DNA from: an uncultured Actinomycetes bacterium
GTDB taxonomy: Bacteria > SZUA-79 > Acidulodesulfobacterales > Acidulodesulfobacteraceae
Direction of reading: 5' to 3'
NCBI GenBank assembly: GCA_964631685.1
Contig: CAZVZU010000008.1
Coordinates: 10,476 to 74,475 of the forward strand
Length of the DNA stretch: 64,000 nt
The translations under genes were made by a program, and so were the position numbers. This document shows, piece after piece, positions 28,903-38,411 of the stretch. A model generated the notes under the pieces. It worked only from the letters and a program-made list of their open reading frames with translations. It searched no databases and had not been told where the DNA came from. Each line of letters starts with the position of its first letter. The stretch's first letter is position 1.

Positions 28903-30444
28903 ATGAGATATAATAATAAAATTGTTGCTAACATTTTTCTTTTAATTGCTTTTTTTATTTTTATAGGCACTTTTTTTGTCAATACACAGAGCGTTTGGCT
29001 TTTTATACTGAAAAGAGCGTCTGAGGCCGCATTAATAGGCGGCATTGCGGACTGGTTTGCTATTACCGCCCTATTTAAGTACCCCTTTAATATTCGTATA
29101 CCGCATACAAATATTATTGAAAATAATAGAGAACAGATCACAAGCATGATAAGTAATATGGTTAACGATACGTGGCTCGGAAAAAAATTTCTTGGAGCGG
29201 AGATAAATAGAATAGATTTTTATGACATTATCGTAAAAGTGATAGGAAAGGATAGAACTAATAAAAGAATAAGGTTTTACTCACGGAAATATCTCGTCAA
29301 ATTTTTAAAATATTCTAAATCTGATAAATTTAATAAATTTGTAAACGATAAACTTAAACAAGCTATAGGTCAAGATTTATCCTTAAAGATATTGAACGGT
29401 ATAACTGTATTTATGGAAGGTGAGGATTTCGATAAAATTTATGAAATTTTATCGGATTATATCAAGCGTTATGTATCCGAATATGAAGCTAAAGATATGA
29501 TCAGAAATATTATAGAAGTATCATCTAAGGAAATGATATATTCTATAATGACTTTAGGCAAGAGTCTGATAAATAATAATTTTGATAAGGCTATTAAAAA
29601 TTTATGTGATTTTGCAAATTTAACCATAGATGAGAATAAATCATCTTTAAAAAAACAGATAAAGGAAATAATTGTAAAATATAAGGATAACTCGGTAATA
29701 AAAAATATTATTATATCTTTTGCTACAGAAACAAAGATTTTAAATGTTGAGCTTTTATCAAACGAGATAATCTTAAAAATAAAGGATCTTATTACCGAGA
29801 TACAAAATGATCCGTCAAACGATATAAGATTGAAGTTAAGGGCTTATGCATTAGGTGTCCTCGATAATTCCGGTGAGGATATTCGGCGTGAGGTTTTGGA
29901 TAATGTCGAAACGATTATTTATAAAAATTCTGATAAGCTGAAGGGTTATTTGCTAGATTACATAGATAATAGCGAAGGTAAGCAGTTTATTAAAAAGCAG
30001 GTGTTGAGTTTTATAGATTCCGACGGAATCAAGATTGCGGAGCAGTTTAATGAGCAAATCAAGGATATAATTATGACGACAGGCATGAATACGGTTAACG
30101 CGGTAATAGACGGTAATAAGGCATATATACTGAATAAAAATTTATTTAAGGGTAAATTTGATTATATAGTGGATTTAATTCAAAATGAGGCATCTAAAAA
30201 AAGTAGCGAGATAAACACTTTTTTTAGAGAAAAAACTATATATGCAATGAGGATTAATCACTCCATAATAGGAAAGTTGGTGCGGCAATATTTAGAAAGT
30301 TTAAATCATAAAAAATTAGCAGATCAAATAGAATCCAAGATTGGTAATGATTTGCAGTATATACGGATAAACGGTGCATTAGTCGGTTCAGTTGTTGGCA
30401 TAATTATAGCGCTCATCGGTTTGCTCATGAAGGTCGTTCATTGA
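28903..30444 (+). CDS. DUF445 family membrane-anchored protein
   Basis: EAALIGGIADWFAITALF and DLQYIRINGALVG terminal motifs. Confidence 0.88.
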   Translation: MRYNNKIVANIFLLIAFFIFIGTFFVNTQSVWLFILKRASEAALIGGIADWFAITALFKYPFNIRIPHTNIIENNREQITSMISNMVNDTWLGKKFLGAEINRIDFYDIIVKVIGKDRTNKRIRFYSRKYLVKFLKYSKSDKFNKFVNDKLKQAIGQDLSLKILNGITVFMEGEDFDKIYEILSDYIKRYVSEYEAKDMIRNIIEVSSKEMIYSIMTLGKSLINNNFDKAIKNLCDFANLTIDENKSSLKKQIKEIIVKYKDNSVIKNIIISFATETKILNVELLSNEIILKIKDLITEIQNDPSNDIRLKLRAYALGVLDNSGEDIRREVLDNVETIIYKNSDKLKGYLLDYIDNSEGKQFIKKQVLSFIDSDGIKIAEQFNEQIKDIIMTTGMNTVNAVIDGNKAYILNKNLFKGKFDYIVDLIQNEASKKSSEINTFFREKTIYAMRINHSIIGKLVRQYLESLNHKKLADQIESKIGNDLQYIRINGALVGSVVGIIIALIGLLMKVVH

Positions 30445-30592
30445 AATGAGAGAATGCATGTTAGATAAAAACGGTTAGAATCATTATAATATAGCGGTAT
30501 CATAATGAAATCTGTTTACTTTTTTTGAAAATTGTATTAAAATGACTCGAATTTTTTGATATTAATATTTGATTTTAGGAGGCAACTAAATT

Positions 30593-32524
30593 ATGAAACT
30601 TAATTTAACAAGCAAGATTTTAAAGGCACACCTTGTTAGCGGAGAATTAAAACAGGGAGCAGAGATTGCCATAAGGATAGATAATACACTAACGCAGGAT
30701 GCGACTGGAACGATGGCTTATCTTCAGTTTGAAGCAATTGGTGTTCCAAGGGTTAAAACAGACTTATCCGTTAGTTTTATAGATCATAACACACTCCAGG
30801 CAGGATTTGAAAATGCGGATGACCACAGGTTTTTACAGACCGTTGCCGCTAAATACGGAATATTATACTCTAGGGCGGGAAATGGCATCTGTCACCAGGT
30901 TAACCTTGAAAGATTCGGTGTTCCTGGTAAAACACTACTAGGCTCGGATAGTCATACCCCGACGGCAGGCGGGCTTGGGATGATTGCTATTGGAGCGGGT
31001 GGACTAGATGTTGCTGTTGCAATGGGCGGCGGCGCATTTTACATGACCACACCCAAGGTTGTTTTGGTTAAACTTTTAGGAAAGCTTTCGGAGTGGGTTT
31101 CTGCTAAGGATGTAATCTTAGAGCTTTTAGGACGATTAACGGTAAAGGGAGGCGTCGGAAAGATTTTTGAGTATGGCGGAGAGGGCGTTGAAACCTTAAC
31201 CGTCCCTGAAAGGGCGGTTATCACTAATATGGGTGCGGAACTCGGAGCTACTACATCTATTTTTCCGAGTGACGAAAAGACCCTTGAATTCTTAAAAGCA
31301 GAGGGTAGAGTGGCTAATTATACAGCCCTTGCTGCCGATGAAGGTGCCCCCTACGATGAAACGATAGAGATCGATTTAAGCTCTTTGGAACCACTTGCTG
31401 CTAAACCGCACATGCCCGATCAGGTGGCTAAAATAAGTGAGTTGAGCGATACAAAGGTTGATCAGGTTGCCATAGGAAGTTGTACTAATTCGTCTTATGT
31501 AGATTTAATGACCGCCGCAAGTATTTTGAAGGGCAAGAAGGTTCATCCGGATGTGAGCCTTGTTATATCCCCAGGGTCCAAACAGGTTTTCGAGATGATA
31601 GCTAAAAATGGGGCATTAGCCGATATCATAGCATCTGGCGCCAGAATACTTGAGTCTACTTGTGGTCCCTGTATCGGTATGGGGCAATCTCCTAAGTCGG
31701 GCGCTATTTCTTTAAGAACATTTAATCGTAATTTTGAAGGAAGAAGCGGAACAAAGGATGCAAAGATATATCTTGTTTCTGTGCAAACTGCTGCAGTTTC
31801 TGCATTGACTGGGCATATTACCGATCCAAGGAGCATGGGTAATGCTCCTAACATTAAAATGCCCGATAAATTTAATATAGATGATTCTATGGTGCTGCAT
31901 CCTTCTACCAACCCAGATGCGATTGAGGTTTATAGGGGGCCAAACATTAAACCGTTACCGCTTCAGGATAGGCTTCCTGAGTCCTTGAGCGGCAAGGTGC
32001 TTCTTAAGGTAGAAGACAATATAACGACCGATCATATCATGCCTGCGGGTTCTAAAATACTTCCATTAAGATCAAATATACCAGCAATATCAAAGTATGT
32101 CTTTGAGTCTATAGATAATACCTTTGCAGAAAGGGCGCTAAAGGAAAAGGGTGGCTTTGTTGTAGGCGGTGAAAATTATGGACAGGGTTCAAGTAGAGAA
32201 CATGCGGCGCTTGCGCCGATGTATCTCGGCGTAAAGGCTGTTATAGCAAAATCGTTCGCAAGAATCCACTTTGCGAACCTTGTTAATTTTGGGATTTTGC
32301 CTTTGACATTTAAAAATGAATCGGATTATGATAAGATTAATCAGGATGATGAGCTCTCTGCCCCCGATATTTTAAAAGAACTCTGCGAACATAAATTGAT
32401 TACATTTCTTAATAAGACAAAAAATGGTGAGAAGTACATGTTCAATTGTGATTTAACCGAAAGGCAGGTCAAGATTATTAAAGAGGGCGGATTATTAAAC
32501 GAGACGAAGGTTAGGTCTAAATGA
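30593..32524 (+). CDS. aconitate hydratase (short ~640 aa type)
   Basis: QDATG, DSHT, GSCTN, CGPCIG, RNFEGR, TDHI, GSSREHA; AGGAGG RBS. Confidence 0.93.
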   Translation: MKLNLTSKILKAHLVSGELKQGAEIAIRIDNTLTQDATGTMAYLQFEAIGVPRVKTDLSVSFIDHNTLQAGFENADDHRFLQTVAAKYGILYSRAGNGICHQVNLERFGVPGKTLLGSDSHTPTAGGLGMIAIGAGGLDVAVAMGGGAFYMTTPKVVLVKLLGKLSEWVSAKDVILELLGRLTVKGGVGKIFEYGGEGVETLTVPERAVITNMGAELGATTSIFPSDEKTLEFLKAEGRVANYTALAADEGAPYDETIEIDLSSLEPLAAKPHMPDQVAKISELSDTKVDQVAIGSCTNSSYVDLMTAASILKGKKVHPDVSLVISPGSKQVFEMIAKNGALADIIASGARILESTCGPCIGMGQSPKSGAISLRTFNRNFEGRSGTKDAKIYLVSVQTAAVSALTGHITDPRSMGNAPNIKMPDKFNIDDSMVLHPSTNPDAIEVYRGPNIKPLPLQDRLPESLSGKVLLKVEDNITTDHIMPAGSKILPLRSNIPAISKYVFESIDNTFAERALKEKGGFVVGGENYGQGSSREHAALAPMYLGVKAVIAKSFARIHFANLVNFGILPLTFKNESDYDKINQDDELSAPDILKELCEHKLITFLNKTKNGEKYMFNCDLTERQVKIIKEGGLLNETKVRSK

Positions 32525-32561
32525 ACTTTGTAAGCGATAATTAATCATATAAACAATTTTA

Positions 32562-33410
32562 ATGCTATCTTCCGAATTTAATAAAAATATTAGAAAGGTC
32601 CTTGTATCGTATAAAAAGGATGCTGAAGAAGCGCTTAAGTCTGCGAACTATGTTTGTGAAATTATAAAAAACAAGGGTATAGATGCAGTAGTTAGCCCGA
32701 GCATGAGCATAACTGCTTCAGATATGAAAGATGTTGGACTTGTTATAGTTTGTGGCGGAGACGGTACCCTTTTAATTACCTTTGGAAAGATATTTCCATC
32801 AGAGGTTCCTATCGTTGGAATAAATTTCGGAAAGCTTGGGTTTCTTGTTGAGATCTCCGAGTCTTTAAGGGATAATGCTATTGAAAAGATATTCGACGGC
32901 TCTTTAGAGTTTAATGCTCGGATGGCTTTGGATGTTGATGTGATAAGATATGGCAGGTCAATTACCAAATTTGTTTCATTAAACGAAGCAACCATTGCAA
33001 GAGAAAGAAGTATTCATGCAAGGGTAATCGATTTAACCGTTCATGTTGATAATGTATGGCTTAACGATTTTAGAGCAGATGGGCTTATTCTTGCTACGCC
33101 CACCGGTTCTACCGGTTACTCGTTGTCAGCCGGCGGCCCTATTGTTCAGCCCGACGTAGATGCATTTATACTTACTCCTGTTTGTCCCCATACCTTGACT
33201 AATAGGCCGGTAATAATTAATCCGTGCGAGTTAAAGATAAAAATTGCTCCACAAGAAAGAGACATCTTTATATCCGTTGATGGAAGGGAAGGCATAAGGC
33301 TTAGTGACAACGATGAAATTATTATTAAAAAACACCCGTCTAAATTTTATCTTTCCGCATCATTAAACCTCAATTATTGGGACATATTGAGATCTAAACT
33401 AAATTGGTAA
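32562..33410 (+). CDS. nadK: NAD(+) kinase
   Basis: GGDGT, GKLGFL, NE, DGLILATPTGSTGYSLSAGGP. Confidence 0.95.
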   Translation: MLSSEFNKNIRKVLVSYKKDAEEALKSANYVCEIIKNKGIDAVVSPSMSITASDMKDVGLVIVCGGDGTLLITFGKIFPSEVPIVGINFGKLGFLVEISESLRDNAIEKIFDGSLEFNARMALDVDVIRYGRSITKFVSLNEATIARERSIHARVIDLTVHVDNVWLNDFRADGLILATPTGSTGYSLSAGGPIVQPDVDAFILTPVCPHTLTNRPVIINPCELKIKIAPQERDIFISVDGREGIRLSDNDEIIIKKHPSKFYLSASLNLNYWDILRSKLNW

Positions 33411-33440
33411 GGCAATTTATTTAAATATTTCCGGTATGCG

Positions 33441-35141
33441 ATGATAAAAAAGATATACATAAAAAATTTTGCCACAATAGATTTTTTAGAGGTAGACTTT
33501 TGTAAAAAATTAAATGTATTGAGCGGAGAGACCGGTGCCGGCAAAAGCATAATAATAGAATCAATTAATTTTTTGTTTGGGTTTGCAAAAGGGGCTCATA
33601 TCATAAGGACGGGCGAGAAAGAGGGGTACGTCAGCGCCGTATTTAATATATACGGCGAAGAAAAAAAAGCCGATTCCGCCCGCATATTTGACGAAAGCGG
33701 AATAAATTTTGAAGAAAATGAAGATATTATCGTAAAAAGGATAGTTTATACGACGGGGAAGAGTAAATATTTTATAAATAATGAGCCCGTAAATAAGATT
33801 GTTGTTGAAAGGCTAAGCGGAAATCTAGTTAGTATCTTTGGGCAAAATGACAAAAAGATATTAATTTCACAAGAAAGTCAGCTTGCTTTTGTTGATGGAT
33901 CCGCTAAAAACCAAGTGCTTTTGGCCAATATCAAGGATATTTACGATAAGATTAACGCACTTAAAAGAGAAAAAGATGCCATCAAAAAAACCATAGATGA
34001 TATATCGAGAATTAAGGTCATAAATTCCTATATTATAGACGACGTGGAAGGGCTTGAAATAAGTTCAGAGAACGATGACGTTATCCTGCAAGAAGAGCTT
34101 AAAAGACTTGAAAATATAAATGATATAAAAGATTATATTTCATCATCTATCAATTTAATTGAGAATGAAGAGTTTGGCATATTAAAAAGTTTAACCCCGT
34201 TAATATCGAATCTTTCAAGGCTGTCTGATGTCGACCCTAATTTTAAGAAAAAAGAAGAATTTCAAAATGCCGAAAGTGCTAAAATTTTGATCGAAGATGT
34301 ACTATTGTTTCTGGAAGGGTATTCTGATTTTGAATTTGACGAAGAGAGATTGAGTGAGATTAGATTGAAAATAGACAAAATAATCAGTACGGAGAATAAG
34401 TATAATGTTTCCAACCTAGATGAGTTATTTAGGCTGTATGATGAAGCAAAAAATGAGATTCAAAATATTTCGGGATTAGAATACAAATTTAATAAACTTG
34501 AAGTGGATATGAGCGAATTAAGGGATAAGTTCATCAGTATGGCGGATGATTTACACAAAAAGAGGGTAAAATTTGCCAAGATTCTTGAAAGGAATATTGA
34601 AGATGAGATCTCACTGCTAGGAATCAAGCCTGCCTTTAAAATAGAGATAAATAAACAAGACTTTAAGGACTATTTTTCCGATACAGGGTTGGATAGTTGC
34701 AAGTTTATGTTTTCCGCTAATCCTGGAGAAAGCCCGAAGTCTCTTTCAATGGTTGCTTCCGGCGGGGAACTTTCCCGGCTTAGTCTTTGCATGTTAAAGG
34801 TTGCAAACTCAAAAAAGGATTTACCAGCATTTATATTCGACGAAATAGATTCAGGGATAGGTGGTGATGTTGCAAATTTTGTCGGATATGCGCTTAAAGA
34901 CATCTCTACAACTAATCAGGTTGTTATTATTACCCACCTTGCGCAGGTAGCCTCTTTTGCGGACGATCATTTTTTTGTCTTTAAAGAAGTAGTAAACGAA
35001 AAAACATATACAAAGATAAAAAGACTTTCACTTGAAGAAAGGGTGAAAGAAATAGCGAGAATGCTGTCGGGGGATATAAAAAGTTCTGCCGCAACATCTC
35101 ATGCGAGAGAAATCCTTAAAAAAAGGGGCTTTGCTGTATAA
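33441..35141 (+). CDS. recN: DNA repair protein RecN
   Basis: GETGAGKS, ASGGELSR, FDEIDSG, ITHL; follows nadK. Confidence 0.95.
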   Translation: MIKKIYIKNFATIDFLEVDFCKKLNVLSGETGAGKSIIIESINFLFGFAKGAHIIRTGEKEGYVSAVFNIYGEEKKADSARIFDESGINFEENEDIIVKRIVYTTGKSKYFINNEPVNKIVVERLSGNLVSIFGQNDKKILISQESQLAFVDGSAKNQVLLANIKDIYDKINALKREKDAIKKTIDDISRIKVINSYIIDDVEGLEISSENDDVILQEELKRLENINDIKDYISSSINLIENEEFGILKSLTPLISNLSRLSDVDPNFKKKEEFQNAESAKILIEDVLLFLEGYSDFEFDEERLSEIRLKIDKIISTENKYNVSNLDELFRLYDEAKNEIQNISGLEYKFNKLEVDMSELRDKFISMADDLHKKRVKFAKILERNIEDEISLLGIKPAFKIEINKQDFKDYFSDTGLDSCKFMFSANPGESPKSLSMVASGGELSRLSLCMLKVANSKKDLPAFIFDEIDSGIGGDVANFVGYALKDISTTNQVVIITHLAQVASFADDHFFVFKEVVNEKTYTKIKRLSLEERVKEIARMLSGDIKSSAATSHAREILKKRGFAV

Positions 35142-35637
35142 ATTGAAAAAACACAGATGCCAAGAAGACGGTAAAAATGTCGGCATAATATTAAGAAAGG
35201 CGTTAATGTGTGATGTTAAGCCGCTTTACAATCTTTTTTATGAATATTCCAATGCGGGAGATATGCTTCCTCGTTCGATGAGCGATATATATGAACATTT
35301 AAGGGATTTTTATATAGCGGAAAACTCAGGCGATATTATCGGCGCTTGCGCACTGACCATAGTATGGGAAAGCCTTGCAGAGATAAGGTCGCTTGCCGTC
35401 AAAAGATCTCATACAGGGAAGCTTATCGGGACGGAATTAATAAAAAAATGCATTGATGAGGCAAAATTTTTTAAGGTAACAAATATATTTGCACTTACCT
35501 ATAAACCTCAATTTTTTCAAAAATCAGGTTTTACGGTAGTAGATAAGTCTGAACTTCCGCACAAAATATGGAGCGATTGTATAAATTGCGTAAAATTTCC
35601 TGATTGTGACGAAACTGCGGTAATGTTAAAGTTATAG
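35131..35637 (+). CDS. GNAT N-acetyltransferase, short ArgA-like (N-acetylglutamate synthase)
   Basis: MLPRS, AEIRSLAV, FALTY, LPHKIWSDCxxC; start uncertain (35101/35131/35143). Confidence 0.8.
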   Translation: MLYKLKKHRCQEDGKNVGIILRKALMCDVKPLYNLFYEYSNAGDMLPRSMSDIYEHLRDFYIAENSGDIIGACALTIVWESLAEIRSLAVKRSHTGKLIGTELIKKCIDEAKFFKVTNIFALTYKPQFFQKSGFTVVDKSELPHKIWSDCINCVKFPDCDETAVMLKL

Positions 35638-35667
35638 ATGTTTATAATTTTAAAGACAAGTAATTAA

Positions 35668-35696
35668 TGGACAAAATTTAAATTATATATTACAAT
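35668..35696 (+). promoter_or_regulatory. possible sigma70 promoter
   Basis: TGGACA-17bp-TACAAT upstream of the rhodanese gene. Confidence 0.4.
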
Positions 35697-35736
35697 GAAC
35701 AATATGTATGTTTTATAATAATGGAGGGATTACAAA

Positions 35737-36108
35737 TTGTTCAATATTTTTAGGAGGGAGGGTCTGTCCGGAGGCGTAGAGCAAATAACCCCCGAAGAGG
35801 CATTAAAAAAAATATCAAGGAAAGATGGGGGCGAAGAAGCGCTGGTGATTGATGTTAGGGAAGTTCATGAGTTCAACGGTAAATTAGGACATATAGAAAA
35901 TGCCAAATCTGTTCCCATAAGGCTTTTGCCGTTAAAAATAGCAGATCTTGAAGCATATAAAGATAAAGAAATAATTGCCGTTTGTCATAGCGGAGCCAGA
36001 AGTTATTCCGTATGTATAATGCTAAAAAGACATGGTTTTGATAAAGTATATAACTTGAAGGGTGGCATGATTTCATGGAAAAAATTTGGATTTAAGTCAC
36101 ATGTGTGA
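35737..36108 (+). CDS. single-domain rhodanese/sulfurtransferase
   Basis: IDVRE, GHI, active-site loop CHSGARS, LKGGMISW; GGAGG RBS with TTG start. Confidence 0.9.
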   Translation: MFNIFRREGLSGGVEQITPEEALKKISRKDGGEEALVIDVREVHEFNGKLGHIENAKSVPIRLLPLKIADLEAYKDKEIIAVCHSGARSYSVCIMLKRHGFDKVYNLKGGMISWKKFGFKSHV

Positions 36109-36123
36109 TAAGGGCTTGCTACT

Positions 36124-36951
36124 ATGAATGAAAAAATAGATTCCATAACTAAGGATTTTCACATTTTCGTGGTGTCGGATTCTACCGGTGAGACCGCAGA
36201 AAAAGTAGTGAGGGCAGCAGTTTCTCAGTTTGCCATTCCGGAGGTCCATCTAAAGAGGTTTCTCTTAGTAGATTCCGAGTTAAAACTGAGGGAAATTATC
36301 ACGGAGGCTGTGGGTAAAAATGCCCTTATCATTTTTACTTTAGTCAAGGATAGTCTTAGAAATATTATGCTTCAGGAGTCTAGCGAAAAAGGGGTTACGA
36401 GCATTGATATCATCGGTCCCGTACTAAATTCCATTTCGTATATATTAGATATTTTGCCCGAGAGAAAACCGGGGTTGATTCATAGGGTAAATGACGAATA
36501 TTTCAAGAGAATAGATGCACTAGAATATGCGGTAAAACATGATGACGGGCAAAGGGTAGATGAGATTACCGAAGCGGATACACTTATTTTGGGGGTGTCA
36601 AGGACATCAAAAACACCGTTGTGTTTGTTTCTTGCCCAGCGGGGTTTTAAGGCTGCAAATATTCCCATAATAGATGAACAGGGTATCAATGATGTTGTTT
36701 ACAAAATTCCCGGCGGAACAATATTTGGATTGGTTTCGGATGCTGTTAGAATATCAAACTTAAGGAAAGAAAGATTAAAAAGGATGGGGCTTTCGTTTTC
36801 GTCTGATTATGTTTCTATAGAATCAATTGAGAAAGAGTTGTCTCATTCAAAAAACATCTATAGTAAGCTAAATGCATTTGTCATAGATATTACGGATAAA
36901 TCAATTGAGGAAGTAGCCGCCGACATTATTTCCCATATAAATAGCAAATAA
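36124..36951 (+). CDS. pyruvate phosphate/water dikinase regulatory protein (PDRP/PpsR)
   Basis: VSDSTGETA, HDDG, GVSRTSKTP, SIEE. Confidence 0.92.
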   Translation: MNEKIDSITKDFHIFVVSDSTGETAEKVVRAAVSQFAIPEVHLKRFLLVDSELKLREIITEAVGKNALIIFTLVKDSLRNIMLQESSEKGVTSIDIIGPVLNSISYILDILPERKPGLIHRVNDEYFKRIDALEYAVKHDDGQRVDEITEADTLILGVSRTSKTPLCLFLAQRGFKAANIPIIDEQGINDVVYKIPGGTIFGLVSDAVRISNLRKERLKRMGLSFSSDYVSIESIEKELSHSKNIYSKLNAFVIDITDKSIEEVAADIISHINSK

Positions 36952-37020
36952 AACTTCTATTTGTGCTTATTAAAAGTTAGCAGTACAGTTATAAATACAC
37001 TAAAAAGGGATAAATTATAA

Positions 37021-38373
37021 ATGAATTTCGATGATACAGTTGCATTAGTAGATAGTTTGTCTAAAAAGAAAGGGGTGCAATATCAAATTTACCTCTTTAA
37101 CTCCAAAATTTTAGAAATGGAGTCGGAAGATTCTGCCATATCAAGCTATACAGATGCAGAAACCAACGGATTTAGCTTAAGATTATTAGATGAAAAAAAA
37201 ATGAGTTTCTCGTACTGCTTTGGACTTGACGAGAAAAAGGTTGAAGATGCATTCTATAGTACTTTTTCCTTGTTGAAATTTATGGAGGAAAACGAATATG
37301 CGGACATCGCACCTCGAAATGATATCTTGTTTTCTCAAGATATAGGAGAAAAGCTGGGAATTTATTCTTCAAAGGCGGATGAAATTGGCATAGAGAAAAA
37401 GAAAGAGAGCCTGCTGGAGATGGAAGGAATTGCATATTCCTATGATAAAAGAATATATAAGGTCGATAAGCCGACCTATACAGAATCATTGGTTTCCAAA
37501 AGAATTTGTAACTCTAACGGTTTGGATTTGGTGTCAAAAAAAACCTTTTATGAGATTTTTTTATCTGTTGCAGCAGGGGGCGGCGATGATACCGGCGCGG
37601 GGTTTGATTTTGATTTTTCTCATGAGTTTGATGGACTGAAGTTTAGAAAAGTTTCAATGAATGCTGCTAAAAAGGGCATAGATCAACTTGGTGCAAGGAT
37701 TGTTTCTAGTGGAAATTACAATATCTTATTTGATAATTTTACATCCTCGGAACTCCTTTCAATATTAAAACAGTCATTCTATGCAAGTAGTATTTATAAA
37801 AAAAAGTCCATTCTTGCGGGTAAGCTCGGACAAAAAATATTTTCGGACAAACTTAACATTGTAGATGACGGGCTTTTGTATGGAGGGGCATTGACCGATA
37901 TATTTGATGGGGAAGGGGTAGGTATGGAAAGAACACCGTTATGTGCCAACGGTGTTATGAAATCCTTCCTGTATGATATAGAATATGCAAAAAGATTTAA
38001 CACTAAATCCACGGGGAACTCGGTTATCGCTTCGTATAAACTTCCTTCCGAGATAGGCTCGACCAATTTTTTTATAGAAAATGGAGCCACTCCGCTCATG
38101 GATGTTATTGGGTCGATGAAGGAGGGGTTATATATAAATGAGCTTATGGGGACACATATGGCGAAGCCTTATACCGGTGAATTTTCGCTTGGAGCGTCCG
38201 GCTTTTATATAAAAGATTCTAAGTTTGCATTTCCGGTTAAGGGAATAGTCATAAGTGGTAATTTGTTGCAATTGTTTAACGCTATAGCTAATATCGCAAA
38301 CGATATCCGTTTTTTCGGATCAACAGGGTCGCCCTCAATTTTATTTGAAAACGTACAGGTTTCAGGTAAATAA
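37021..38373 (+). CDS. pmbA: TldD/PmbA family protein (PmbA/TldE-like)
   Basis: FDGEG, STGNS, TGEFSLGASG, ISGNL, SPSI motifs; no HExxGH motif. Confidence 0.85.
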   Translation: MNFDDTVALVDSLSKKKGVQYQIYLFNSKILEMESEDSAISSYTDAETNGFSLRLLDEKKMSFSYCFGLDEKKVEDAFYSTFSLLKFMEENEYADIAPRNDILFSQDIGEKLGIYSSKADEIGIEKKKESLLEMEGIAYSYDKRIYKVDKPTYTESLVSKRICNSNGLDLVSKKTFYEIFLSVAAGGGDDTGAGFDFDFSHEFDGLKFRKVSMNAAKKGIDQLGARIVSSGNYNILFDNFTSSELLSILKQSFYASSIYKKKSILAGKLGQKIFSDKLNIVDDGLLYGGALTDIFDGEGVGMERTPLCANGVMKSFLYDIEYAKRFNTKSTGNSVIASYKLPSEIGSTNFFIENGATPLMDVIGSMKEGLYINELMGTHMAKPYTGEFSLGASGFYIKDSKFAFPVKGIVISGNLLQLFNAIANIANDIRFFGSTGSPSILFENVQVSGK

Positions 38374-38411
38374 ATTATGGATATACATTAATTTTATAAT
38401 ATTTATGGAGC

